This document shows, piece after piece, positions 20,147-29,857 of a DNA stretch of 64,000 nucleotides. Under the pieces are notes generated by a model that was not told the DNA's origin, searched no databases, and worked only from the letters and a program-made list of their open reading frames with translations. The position numbers were made by a program, and so were the translations under genes. The stretch comes from an uncultured Dehalococcoidales bacterium. Lineage in GTDB: Bacteria > Chloroflexota > Dehalococcoidia > GIF9 > AB-539-J10. The stretch lies in assembly GCA_964394145.1 (NCBI GenBank), contig CAYMVL010000043.1, forward strand, positions 53,285-117,284, in the 5' to 3' direction. Position 1 is the first letter of the stretch. The number at the start of each line of letters is the position of its first letter.

Positions 20147-20530
20147 TCATGCTATGTTGATAACGAATACCTTCTGTTCGACGGCTTCCTCTTCCCAGGG
20201 TCGCTTATAGTCCATAGTTATCTTGGTTGTACCCGCTTTCAAGGCTTTGAACTGGAAATACTCAACACCACCCACACCAACCATCGGCTCCTGCCCCGTC
20301 TCGGCCTGCTCATAAGTCTTCTTCGTTAACTCGAGCATACTGTTATCATAATCCTCCTGCCAGCTAAAGTCAGTTGTAGGATTAGAATCAAGAGCGATAA
20401 TGAATTCCCTATCGACGCCGACACTTATCGCCTGCCCCGGGTCTGTGTAAGTGCCGATTCCGGATGCGCATCCAGCCACCGCAAACGCGCCTATCGCCAC
20501 CAGAGTAACCAGCACCAGAATTCTTTTCAT
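20147..20530 (-). CDS. Chagasin/I42 protease-inhibitor lipoprotein
   Basis: Lipobox VAGC, NPTT, VGVGG, YKRPWE. Confidence 0.88.
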   Translation of the reverse strand: MKRILVLVTLVAIGAFAVAGCASGIGTYTDPGQAISVGVDREFIIALDSNPTTDFSWQEDYDNSMLELTKKTYEQAETGQEPMVGVGGVEYFQFKALKAGTTKITMDYKRPWEEEAVEQKVFVINIA

Positions 20531-20595
20531 CTTTCCTCCTTAGCTATAAACCTGCCCTCAATATTGGATGCCTCGCAATGGCCGCTGTAACTATG

Positions 20596-20843
20596 TTATA
20601 TGGCTGTGAGTCCTGTGTCAACGGTAACGGCATAGTCACCTTCGGTGTGGTTCCAAGGCGGAAGTTCTTGACCCGGGTCTGCCTGCCCGATGCTTCGTGC
20701 ACTCTGCAGCGCAAGATTCCCGTGGATGATGCGGACAGAGGGTAAACCGGCCATGAAAGCATCGTCAAGGTAATGATACACCGGTACAGGGCCTCATTGA
20801 CTGTGAAATGGCGCAGGCTCAATTCCCTGCTTACCGCTTTCAC
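20596..20843 (-). pseudogene. Frameshifted Smr-domain endonuclease
   Basis: Smr motifs split across two frames: ELSLRHFTVNEAL / YLDDAFMAGLPSVRIIHG / GILR..V...VKNFRLG / EGDYAVTV. Confidence 0.75.
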
Positions 20844-22429
20844 AGCGACCTGATAAACTCCAGGCGCAGAATATCACTTGTAGCTTCAGTCACCTTAACT
20901 CCGTCGTCAATGCGCCAGCCGGCTACCCAGATGATCTTTTCACGCGAGCACACTAAAGGAATATGCTCTCGCAATGAGAGGGGTATTTTGGCATTAACCA
21001 TGAATCCCTGGAGCTTCTTGCTAGTATTCATGCCGAGAGGCTGGAATCTATCGCCTGGCTGGCGGCAGCGAATGAACAGCTCAATACCCGTCTTAGCCAA
21101 ATCGAATCGGGCAACAAAACCCCTGTCCTCAGCGGTAGGGACAGTTCGTTCCTGAATAATGCTGGATACGACCCTCCAGCCTGGCAAAAGAGTATCACCT
21201 GGAATATTGAGGGGGAACTCACCTTTCAGCGCTGGAAGTGAGGCAAGGCCATAATCGCCGTTCATCTCATTGGGGACGACTGAAACGGCAGACTCTTCTT
21301 CGCCGCGCTCCTTATATCGCGATGCCTGCGGGGACGCAACGACAATTTCGCCGTAATCAGTCCAGCAACGAAGGCCATGCGGCAGCGAAACCTTCTTACC
21401 CACAGGCTTGCCCAGCAGGTCCCTTATGGCCTCAATATGGCTTGCCTCGATATCATGAGTGTCTCCTATCAGTTTATCAATGGCCGATCTTACTACCTGT
21501 CTTTGCAAAGCTAGAGGCAAAGCGGAGGCCCTAGTCTTATTGATGTAGATAGCGTTTTGTTCTCTTCTGGCCAGATCATTCCATAACTGAAGAGCTTGCT
21601 CTTCAATGAACGCGCTATCATCCCGGGCGATCTTGGCCAAACGAAGGAGCGCCTGCTCTATCGACGGGTTATAGTGGCGAAGCAAGGGCAGAAGTTCCAG
21701 GCGGAGACGATTGCGAAAGAACTCCAATGATAGGTTGCTGGAGTCACTTCGTGGTTGAAGGTGCTGCTCCTGGCAGTAATTCAATGTTTCCTCTCTGGTG
21801 ATATTAAGGAGAGGCCTTATGATGCACATAGTGCTTCGGTCGGCTTCAGTTGTCATTCCTGCCTGAGCATATACCATTGGAGAGCGAGGCTCGAGGCCAC
21901 TTAGCCCGGAGGTCCCTGTTCCTCGCAGTATATGCATCAGTATGGTTTCTACCTGATCATCTCTGGTGTGTCCTATGGCTAGCCCATTTGCTTCGAGTTC
22001 AGTTGCGACGCGGGCAAGGAACTTATAGCGCAACTCCCTGGCTGCCTCTTCCACACAGCAACTCCTTCGGGCCCTGTAGCCGGCTACGTCCTCTGTACCA
22101 AGGGTCAGGGGTACGCCAAGACTATCAGCTAACTCAGCCACGTAGTCGGCATCTGCTTCAGATTCAGAGCCTCGAAGTTGATGATTAAAATGGGCTACAT
22201 GAAGCTCTATACCCAGCTTCTTCTGCCACCTGGCCAGGATATGCATCAGACATACGGAGTCGGCACCCCCCGATACACCGACGAGCAGATTCGAGTGAGC
22301 CGGAATCAGGCCGTGTTGCTGAATGAACTTCAGGACTCTTGAACCTAGGTCAATATCTCTCATCTCGACCGCCTTGTCGCTGCGCCACTCAGGGTCATAG
22401 CTAACGAATGGCTGAGACCTGCTCCTCAT
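20840..22429 (-). CDS. tilS: tRNA(Ile)-lysidine synthetase
   Basis: VSGGADS, AARELRY, GHTRDDQVET, IRPLL, RNRLR, C-terminal TilS-C; start may be 22363. Confidence 0.95.
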   Translation of the reverse strand: MRSRSQPFVSYDPEWRSDKAVEMRDIDLGSRVLKFIQQHGLIPAHSNLLVGVSGGADSVCLMHILARWQKKLGIELHVAHFNHQLRGSESEADADYVAELADSLGVPLTLGTEDVAGYRARRSCCVEEAARELRYKFLARVATELEANGLAIGHTRDDQVETILMHILRGTGTSGLSGLEPRSPMVYAQAGMTTEADRSTMCIIRPLLNITREETLNYCQEQHLQPRSDSSNLSLEFFRNRLRLELLPLLRHYNPSIEQALLRLAKIARDDSAFIEEQALQLWNDLARREQNAIYINKTRASALPLALQRQVVRSAIDKLIGDTHDIEASHIEAIRDLLGKPVGKKVSLPHGLRCWTDYGEIVVASPQASRYKERGEEESAVSVVPNEMNGDYGLASLPALKGEFPLNIPGDTLLPGWRVVSSIIQERTVPTAEDRGFVARFDLAKTGIELFIRCRQPGDRFQPLGMNTSKKLQGFMVNAKIPLSLREHIPLVCSREKIIWVAGWRIDDGVKVTEATSDILRLEFIRSL

Positions 22430-22441
22430 CTCCCGCTGACA

Positions 22442-23053
22442 CTAATAGCTGGTATCGTTAAATGCCAGTAGCCGTGTCCCGTAATCACCAAATTCAAGAA
22501 TGCTTATCCCTCCCGGGTCCAGCTTCACCTTGGGAAGATACTCTAAGGGCAAAGCTAAAGCCTTAAAGATTATGGATAAGGTAACAAAATAGTGGCTGAC
22601 CACCACTACCGTTTCATCCCCGTGCTCCGCCAGCAAGCGTTCGACAGCCTTCCATGACCTTTCCTGCACCTCGGCAAAACTCTCCCCGTCGCGCAGTTTC
22701 TCCTGTCCTCTATCCTGCCACCATCGCATCAGAAACTGGGTGAAGGTAGTATTCATGGAAGTGTTCAGGCTAGCAAAACCCATCCCCTCCAGTCCACCAA
22801 GCTCTATCTCCCTGAGTCCGGCATCAAACTGCACAGGCAGGCGATGATGGTTGGCAATTGCCTCGGCAGTAACCCTGGCCCGCTTCAAAGGGCTGGACAG
22901 TACGGCGGTGACATTCTCTTTCTGCAAGAACGAAGCCAGCCTCCGGGCCTGACTCAACCCCGTATCATTTAGTTCAATGTCGCTATTCCCTCCCTGCACA
23001 CGCCTTTCTTTATTCCACTGGGTTTCACCATGTCTGACTAAGATAAGTTTCAA
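22442..23053 (-). CDS. Histidine phosphatase family protein
   Basis: LVRHGET, SSPLKRA, LREI, VVSH. Confidence 0.9.
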   Translation of the reverse strand: MKLILVRHGETQWNKERRVQGGNSDIELNDTGLSQARRLASFLQKENVTAVLSSPLKRARVTAEAIANHHRLPVQFDAGLREIELGGLEGMGFASLNTSMNTTFTQFLMRWWQDRGQEKLRDGESFAEVQERSWKAVERLLAEHGDETVVVVSHYFVTLSIIFKALALPLEYLPKVKLDPGGISILEFGDYGTRLLAFNDTSY

Positions 23054-23422
23054 TAATTCATCTCCTCGAATTACTTTAATTACGCGCTAGCTAGATTCGT
23101 GTGCCTCCAATTAAAGAGTCGCCGCGGCTGACAGTACTCGCTCGTTATATCCAGAATGGCCATAAAACAGCATACCCGGCCACCTGCCAGGTTCGCCCTC
23201 ATATAAATCCTGGTCAATCAGCCTTGCCATCAAACTTACAAAGGCTTGTGGGTTGTGGCTCGGTTCCAGCCTGGGCTTGTCTGCCGCCAATTCAATACCA
23301 CGATTATACCAGTTGGCCCAACTATTCTGCACAGCTTTCAACTTGAACGATAAAGGCCGAATGAGTGTAAGGGTTATCCTGGTGAGGAACAGGCTGATGA
23401 AATCCTCATACAGTGACCAAAT

Positions 23423-24700
23423 CTAAGGCGCAGATACGATATCCTTTTCCCTGGTGACCACAACCCTCTCTATTTTCATTCCTCGCATTTCGGTGATGAC
23501 AAATTTTAGATTCTTGTACTTGAGTTGCTCGCCTTTGTTCGGTATACGACCCAGATGGCTGAGGATAAAACCGGCCACGGTCTCGTAATCATCTAGAGGT
23601 AGCTCAAGCCCCAACTCTTCGTTAGCTTCTTCAACTCGGAAGCCACCCTCAAGCTCGTACGTACTATCGCCGGTCACCACAAAATCTTTCGGTTCCCCGG
23701 TCAGCTCATCCCTGATATCTCCCATAATCTCCTCCGTCAACTGTCCTAAGGTAACCAGTCCAGCTACGCCACCGAACTCATCTACCACAATTGCCATGCG
23801 ATAGCCAGCGTCTCTCATTTCGGTGAGGAGTTCTCCTAGATGCTTACTTTCGGGGACAAAATAAGGAGACCGCACCAAATCGTCGACTACGGCCTTCTTG
23901 CTAACAGACTCATCAGCCAGCCTCATCAGGACATCCTTGGCAGAGAGGATGCCCACCACATTATCAGTATTATCTTTGTACACGGGGAAGCGGCTATAAG
24001 GCTTTTGTGCATAAATAGCCAGGAAATCGTTTACCCTCGCTCCCAGCTCTACCCAGACGATTTCAGTCCGGGGAATCATCACCTTGCCCACCGGGCGGTC
24101 AGTGAACTCGAAGACTTTGTGCAGCATTACCGCCTCATTCTCTTCTACCACCCCCTCAACCTCACCCGCACTTATGGCAGAACGTATTTCGCCCTCGCTC
24201 AGCATCCTGTCACCTTCGGGAGGCTGGGCTATCATTCTGCTGAATCTGAGGCTAATACGGCCCAGCGCTACGACAAAGGGATAGAAAACCAGCTCCATTA
24301 TCCTGAGCGGATTAACGTAAAGCAAAGACAAGCGCTGGGCGTGATGCACTGCCATGGTCTTTGGGATAAGCTCGCCAAAAACCAGTACCAGCGCCGTCAC
24401 CCCTATGGTGGCAGCCACCGGTCCCCACGGTAGGCCGAGTAATTCCACAGCTATCATGGTGCCGAGGGTGGCCGCAGCCACATTTACCAGGTTGTTACCC
24501 AGCAGGACAGTAGCCAGGAATCTCTCCGGTCTCTCAGATGCTCTGGATAGTTGCTTTGCTCCCTTAACGCCACTCTCTACGAGGTAGCGTATACGGAGCT
24601 TGGGTATGGCAATAAAGGCTGATTCAGCGCTGGAGAAAAAACCTGAAAGTGCCAAACACACTAGAAAGGCTACTAAGAGCCAACTATCGGCGTCGTCCAC
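23423..24700 (-). CDS. CNNM/HlyC-CorC family transporter (DUF21-CBS-CorC)
   Basis: FFSSAESA, FGELIPK, MIPR, YSRFPV, VVDEFGG. Confidence 0.92.
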   Translation of the reverse strand: MDDADSWLLVAFLVCLALSGFFSSAESAFIAIPKLRIRYLVESGVKGAKQLSRASERPERFLATVLLGNNLVNVAAATLGTMIAVELLGLPWGPVAATIGVTALVLVFGELIPKTMAVHHAQRLSLLYVNPLRIMELVFYPFVVALGRISLRFSRMIAQPPEGDRMLSEGEIRSAISAGEVEGVVEENEAVMLHKVFEFTDRPVGKVMIPRTEIVWVELGARVNDFLAIYAQKPYSRFPVYKDNTDNVVGILSAKDVLMRLADESVSKKAVVDDLVRSPYFVPESKHLGELLTEMRDAGYRMAIVVDEFGGVAGLVTLGQLTEEIMGDIRDELTGEPKDFVVTGDSTYELEGGFRVEEANEELGLELPLDDYETVAGFILSHLGRIPNKGEQLKYKNLKFVITEMRGMKIERVVVTREKDIVSAP

Positions 24701-24963
24701 CTGTCACCACCCCCTAGACCCGCCCTATAAAGGAATCGATTATGCTGTCGCAGTAAACTACCATGATAAAGGTCTAACCTTCATTATGATAACATCGAGT
24801 AACTCAGTTGTCAAAAGCCCGTAGCCGCGCCTGTATCTGACGCTGTTCGTTGCAGTGGTGCCCTGCGTCTGATTCACTGCCTCACGAATATATATCTACT
24901 ATCGCTATGAGAAGGGGTATAATAAAGATAAGCATTTAACCGTTCTTGTCGGGAGGTGATGAA

Positions 24964-25158
24964 ATGCCCACATACGAGTTCTGGTGTCCGAAATGCAAGA
25001 AGGAGTTTGAGGTCAAGAGACCAATAGCTGATTTCGACAAGCCTGCTTCCTGCCCTGACTGTGGCACTCAGGGAGAGAAACTGATGTCAACCTTTGCCTC
25101 GAAAGTTGGCTACTCCATGCAACTGCCGGCCAAAACACCTTTCAGAAGGAAGGGATGA
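24964..25158 (+). CDS. FmdB-family zinc-ribbon protein
   Basis: MPTYEFWCPKC...CPDCG; RBS GGAGGT. Confidence 0.85.
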   Translation: MPTYEFWCPKCKKEFEVKRPIADFDKPASCPDCGTQGEKLMSTFASKVGYSMQLPAKTPFRRKG

Positions 25159-25444
25159 AGGGTAGCTCCCCAGGATGGCAGCACCCGGGTGGTAAAAACC
25201 CGGAGCATTGGCCCCACCAGACGGCTTACGGACGCGGAACTGGAAAAGGAGCTTGGGCTCGTGAGGAACGCTTCTGTGATTCAGCACAAATTGTCGACCC
25301 CGGGCTTCGCCAGCACCTCATCCACCAACTCTGGCAAGAGGCTGTGAAACTAAAATAATGTGGGCAAAGTCCAGGATAATTACGGGACGATAAAGTCTGG
25401 CTATTTATTCAAAAGGTTTCTCCGTAAGAATCGAGAGACACTGC

Positions 25445-25472
25445 TTGACAAAATCAGGATTTGTGCTAAATT
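25445..25472 (+). promoter_or_regulatory. Sigma70-type promoter with no credible downstream sense ORF
   Basis: TTGACA (25445-25450), 16 nt, TGcTAAATT extended -10. Confidence 0.6.
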
Positions 25473-25479
25473 TAATTGT

Positions 25480-25590
25480 AATGAGTAACTCCTGCTGTTG
25501 CCACAACAGGAGTTGTTAAATTCCCCTTGTTGTGCTGCCGATAAGGGGAAATGAAATTACAAGCCCCACTTCAGAGTGGGGCTTGTTCTT
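25480..25590 (+). ncRNA. Candidate three-hairpin small RNA convergent with the NYN gene
   Basis: Hairpins at 25487-25514, 25521-25550 and 25559-25586 directly after the promoter. Confidence 0.4.
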
Positions 25591-26170
25591 CTAAGGGCGT
25601 TTCAAATAGACAGTCCTCAAGGTATTCCTGTGTTAGGGGAATTCGTTTGTCTGATGCTTCCCTGAGCGTCTTTGCCCAGCTTTTCCCCGGCACACAGGCG
25701 TTCTCCACCTTCTTGTTTGTTTGCTCACGAATATAGTCAACCGCTTCTGCTAGGTCGCTATCGCCAGAAACCAGGATAGCGGTGTCATAGGCGTTTCTGA
25801 CCGCTAACGTGACCATGTCCACCGCGATTCGGGCATCCACACCCTTCTGTGTATAATCGTGATACTGAAACGATTCCTTGCATTTGGGGCATTCAATTGT
25901 ATGTGTCCTGGGCACGATTCTCCCACGCCGAATCTGGAGATTCTCAATCCAGCCCAACTTATCAAGAAATCGCTGGTGCGACTTGCCCAGAGATGAATTG
26001 GGACGAGGACTCGGAGTAGTGTAATAATAGGCTCGCACCAGGCCACGCCCTGAAACCAGCTTCTTAATTAATCTATCTATGTTTATAGATTTTTGTAGAT
26101 TGAGTCCAAATTTTACGCCGGCATAAAGATTGCCACCATCGATAAATACCATAACACGCTCATTCTCCAA
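25571..26170 (-). CDS. NYN (LabA/DUF88, PIN-fold) domain RNase
   Basis: FIDGGNL, QKGVD, LVSGDSDL; TTG start with GAGGAGG RBS. Confidence 0.9.
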   Translation of the reverse strand: MENERVMVFIDGGNLYAGVKFGLNLQKSINIDRLIKKLVSGRGLVRAYYYTTPSPRPNSSLGKSHQRFLDKLGWIENLQIRRGRIVPRTHTIECPKCKESFQYHDYTQKGVDARIAVDMVTLAVRNAYDTAILVSGDSDLAEAVDYIREQTNKKVENACVPGKSWAKTLREASDKRIPLTQEYLEDCLFETPLEEQAPL

Positions 26171-26470
26171 GGTTTATTACCTCCTCGTTGCTAATCTTGA
26201 CCCTGGCTTTCCAAGGGAAAAATCACGAAAAGAACACCTTGTGATTGATTTTACAACATTGTGCAGGGCAAAGATAGACACCACCGGCGGGAGCAGACTC
26301 TTCTGCAACTTTTGACAGGCAATAGCGCCTGTGCGAGGAAATCCGGGCAAGGCTGATAGAGCCAGATATTGATTCTGAGCCGACTAAGAGTAAATAAGTT
26401 GGCCTTCTGACTCCCGCCAGAATTTGCTCGTTCAATATATGTGAGTATTCCAGTGCAAGTGATTCTTCGA

Positions 26471-26863
26471 CTAGGAATGCGATGCCTTTCTCAGCTTTGA
26501 TACGAGGTCCTCTCTTGCTGGCGAAAAGATTTCGATGGCTTTCAGGCCTTTATCAAGAACGTAGCTTCCGTGCTCTACGTTTGAGGGTATAACGATAACG
26601 TCACCTTTCTTTAGCGGATATAACTTCCCCTCCACTAACTGGCCGCACTCGCCATCCAGGACTACAAAGATTTGCTCTGCTTCATGGTGGTGGGGAGGGA
26701 AGTACCTGTTAGGCTCGACAGTGAGAAAGCTTAGCGTCATAGTTGCAGCGGGCACGAGGTGGCTGTGTGAGCCAGGAGCTAGTTCTACAAGGGGCACGTC
26801 AGGGTAATGAACGACCAGCTTAGTAAACTCCTCCTTGCTGGCATACGGCTGCGTTCTTTCCAT
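26471..26863 (-). CDS. Cupin domain protein
   Basis: PHHHEAEQ...G...IPSNVEH, EIFSPARED; AAGGAGG RBS favours ATG 26863. Confidence 0.87.
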   Translation of the reverse strand: MERTQPYASKEEFTKLVVHYPDVPLVELAPGSHSHLVPAATMTLSFLTVEPNRYFPPHHHEAEQIFVVLDGECGQLVEGKLYPLKKGDVIVIPSNVEHGSYVLDKGLKAIEIFSPAREDLVSKLRKASHS

Positions 26864-27087
26864 TGGACTTATCCTCCTTAGTGATATTTGTGTTTTCGGC
26901 ATAAGTAATATCTGGATTCTTGACCGGGATATAATAGCATCATTGAGCAAAGTCAAGTCTTCACACGGGGCCAAGGGAATTGGGACATATATGGCTCCTG
27001 TTTGTCATTGCATGGCACAGGACTTTGAAGTAATATTCTATTCTGTCCCGCTGGTATTGCAAGGCCGGGAATGGAGAGAAGAACTTG

Positions 27088-27954
27088 ATGTCTACAGCTG
27101 AAATAGGAATCATAGGCGGTAGCGGACTTTACAACATAGAAGGCATGACCGATATTGAAGAGGTGAAGATAAATACGCCTTTCGGTGAACCCAGCGATGC
27201 CATTGTTCTGGGCCAGCTTGAAGGTGTAAGAGTTGCCTTCCTCCCCAGACATGGTAAGGGACACCGTATCAGCCCTGGTGAACTGCCTGCAAAGGCTAAT
27301 ATCTATGCCCTGAAGTCTCTGAAAGTTGAGAGGATTATCTCGGTTAGTGCCGTGGGCAGCCTGAATGAGAAAATCCAGCCTTCGCATCTGGTTATTCCTG
27401 CTCAGCTAATTGATTGCACTAAGGGCCGTGACAGCACTTTCTTCACTGATGGAATCGTGGCGCATATTGCTTTTGCTGAGCCTTTTTGTCCTGTATTGAG
27501 TCAGGCCTTATTCGAGGCGGCTAGCAGGGCGGGAGCTAAGGTGCATAGAGGTGCTGTTTATCTGGCTATGGAAGGCCCACAGTTTTGTACCAGGGCTCAG
27601 TCACAGCTTTACCGTTCCTGGGGTGCCAGCATCATTGGAATGACCGCTTTGCCTGAGGCTAAACTGGCAAGGGAAGCTGAGATGTGCTATGCCATGCTCG
27701 CCTTTGTCACCGATTACGATTGCTGGCATGAGGACTACGAATCTGTGACTACTGAGATGGTTCTAGCCAATCTGGAGAAAGGCGTTGATACCGCTAGGAA
27801 AATCCTGAGACTGGTAATTCCCCTTATCCCTGCCAGAAGAGACTGCCCTTGTGCCAGCGCTCTTAAGAATGCTATTGTTACCTCGCCGAAATACATATCA
27901 GATCGGGCAAAAAGGGATTTGGATTTGCTCATCGGCAGATATTTGGAACGGTAG
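27088..27954 (+). CDS. mtnP: S-methyl-5'-thioadenosine phosphorylase
   Basis: IGIIGGSG, TPFGEPS, PRHG, SAVGSL, MEGPQF, IGMT..PEAKLARE, TDYDCW. Confidence 0.95.
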   Translation: MSTAEIGIIGGSGLYNIEGMTDIEEVKINTPFGEPSDAIVLGQLEGVRVAFLPRHGKGHRISPGELPAKANIYALKSLKVERIISVSAVGSLNEKIQPSHLVIPAQLIDCTKGRDSTFFTDGIVAHIAFAEPFCPVLSQALFEAASRAGAKVHRGAVYLAMEGPQFCTRAQSQLYRSWGASIIGMTALPEAKLAREAEMCYAMLAFVTDYDCWHEDYESVTTEMVLANLEKGVDTARKILRLVIPLIPARRDCPCASALKNAIVTSPKYISDRAKRDLDLLIGRYLER

Positions 27955-28045
27955 CCTGGGAGCAGCATTACCGACTCAGTGATTATCTGCACGCCGGCAC
28001 CGGATACAGTGTGACGGGTCTGCGCAGGTCTGTCGAAAAAGGAAA

Positions 28046-29074
28046 ATGGCAGCCAAATTTGAGTTTAGTTGTTTACCGACTGCTATTGGCAGCATGCCTC
28101 AGCACGAAGCGGGAGAAGCCTGCTCTGTGGTAATGAAGCATCTTCCTGCTATCCCTGCCTGGCCTCAGCTACCTAAACGCTCACCCAGAGAAAACATGTA
28201 TGTTCAGTTCAGCGAAGGTTTCCCCGGTTTAGCTGTGAATGAGGACAAACTTCATATTGAGCCATCAGCGAGCTTTGATACTGAATTGGAGCAAATCTAT
28301 GTTGATTGTGAGGCAGGTAATTTCGGTAACTATGGCATGTCCGCTGAATATGCTGCCGGATTTCATTCCTTTTTAGCCAGGGCCCAGAAACCGCAGATGC
28401 TCAAGGGGCAGATAACAGGCCCCATCACGTGGGGGCTGACGGTTACTCGCCAGGACGGCTTAGCTATCCTTTACGATGATACGCTGGCTGAGGCAGCGGC
28501 CAAGTTCTTGCGACTGAAAGCTTCTTGGCAGGAAAATGCCCTGAGACAGGTTTCCCCCAATACCATCATATTTGTTGATGAGCCATATTTGCTTTCGCTG
28601 GGTTCGGTTTTTGTGCCTGTTCCCGAGGAGAAGGTGCCCGACCTATTGGAGGAGGTGCTTCAGGGTATTAGAGGAATAAAAGGAATGCATTGCTGCGGCA
28701 ACACCAGCTGGCCGGTGCTCTTACGCACTTCAATAGATATCCTCAGCTTTGATGCTTACAATTATGCTTCCTCTCTAAGCGCTTATACTGAGGAAGTGAA
28801 GTCCTTCCTTGAACGAGGAGGCACTATTGCCTGGGGGATCGTGCCCAATGACGAGGATGCTTTACGTATGGAATCCTTATCCAGCCTTTATGACCGCCTA
28901 GGAGAAGCTATGGCTCCCTTTACGAGAGATGGCACAGCATTCAGGCAGATAATAGCTCAGGGGCTTATAACTCCTTCTTGTGGGCTGGGGACTCTGTCGC
29001 CCGAAGCGGCAATTCAGGCTCTGGAATTGACGGCCGGGCTATCAGCCAACCTGAGAAAGAGATATATCCTGTAA
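28046..29074 (+). CDS. Core (single-barrel) methionine synthase, corrinoid-methyl dependent type
   Basis: TAIGSMP, WPQLP, KGQITGP, DEP, HCC, WGIVP, TPSCG Zn ligands; only 342 aa. Confidence 0.8.
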   Translation: MAAKFEFSCLPTAIGSMPQHEAGEACSVVMKHLPAIPAWPQLPKRSPRENMYVQFSEGFPGLAVNEDKLHIEPSASFDTELEQIYVDCEAGNFGNYGMSAEYAAGFHSFLARAQKPQMLKGQITGPITWGLTVTRQDGLAILYDDTLAEAAAKFLRLKASWQENALRQVSPNTIIFVDEPYLLSLGSVFVPVPEEKVPDLLEEVLQGIRGIKGMHCCGNTSWPVLLRTSIDILSFDAYNYASSLSAYTEEVKSFLERGGTIAWGIVPNDEDALRMESLSSLYDRLGEAMAPFTRDGTAFRQIIAQGLITPSCGLGTLSPEAAIQALELTAGLSANLRKRYIL

Positions 29075-29200
29075 CAGGCGGGTAAAATACTGTGACAAAC
29101 ACAGGGCAAGAGCCAATCCGGCACTATTACAGTGGTCATCTACCCGTGACTTCTGTCGGTTGAGGGAAAAGTATATAAACAAGACGAAGAGGATGGCTGC

Positions 29201-29791
29201 TTGAAAACATCGGCGTCGCATACAGAAGCTTCAGGCCAAAAGGGAATCTCCCGTTTCAGTCAAGAAGCAGCGGCAAGCATGTTGTTGTTAACTGGTAAGC
29301 CGGGCACAGGTAAGACTGCCATTATCAGGGAAGCCCTAGCCAGGACGGGAACCAAGGCCGGCGGTTTTTACACTGAGGAAATACGGGCGCGCGGGATAAG
29401 GCAAGGCTTCAAGATTATCACTATCGGCGGGCAGGAAGCAGTCCTCGCACACGTCAATATCTCAAGCCCATACCGGGTAAGTAAGTATAAGGTTGATATT
29501 GACAATCTGAACAGGCTTGGCGTCTCTGCCCTACGACAGGCGTTAGAGAAAGCGGATTTAATAGTCGTTGATGAAATTGGCAAGATGGAGATTATATCGC
29601 CGCAGTTTAGGGAGTCTGTCCGGCAAGCCACGGAAAGTGGGAAGCGGGTTCTGGGCACCATCATGCTTAATGCTGATCCTTTTGCCGACGAAGTCAAGCG
29701 CCATTCCGGGGTTAGAACACTTACGGTAACGGGAGTCAATAATAGGGAGGTCCTGGAGGAGGTGCTGCAATGGCTGAAGTGTGGGGCGTAG
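29201..29791 (+). CDS. NTPase (THEP1/NTPase_1 family)
   Basis: LTGKPGTGKT, GGFYTEEIR, VDEIGKME; start may be 29279. Confidence 0.88.
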   Translation: MKTSASHTEASGQKGISRFSQEAAASMLLLTGKPGTGKTAIIREALARTGTKAGGFYTEEIRARGIRQGFKIITIGGQEAVLAHVNISSPYRVSKYKVDIDNLNRLGVSALRQALEKADLIVVDEIGKMEIISPQFRESVRQATESGKRVLGTIMLNADPFADEVKRHSGVRTLTVTGVNNREVLEEVLQWLKCGA

Positions 29792-29857
29792 GCGACACAA
29801 TCTTCAATCTCAGACTTTGATCTGATTGGCGGATTCTCCGGTGAGGGCTTACCGGTG

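Noticed and set aside
20544-20843. 99-aa and 61-aa ORFs as independent genes
   Set aside because: They are better explained as alternating frames of one Smr pseudogene.
23101-23346. 76-81 aa ORFs between the phosphatase and CNNM genes
   Set aside because: No recognisable motif or convincing RBS.
25155-25358. 67-aa ORF as a protein antitoxin for NYN
   Set aside because: No motif, opposite strand to NYN, and it looks like a gene remnant; the call cannot be supported.
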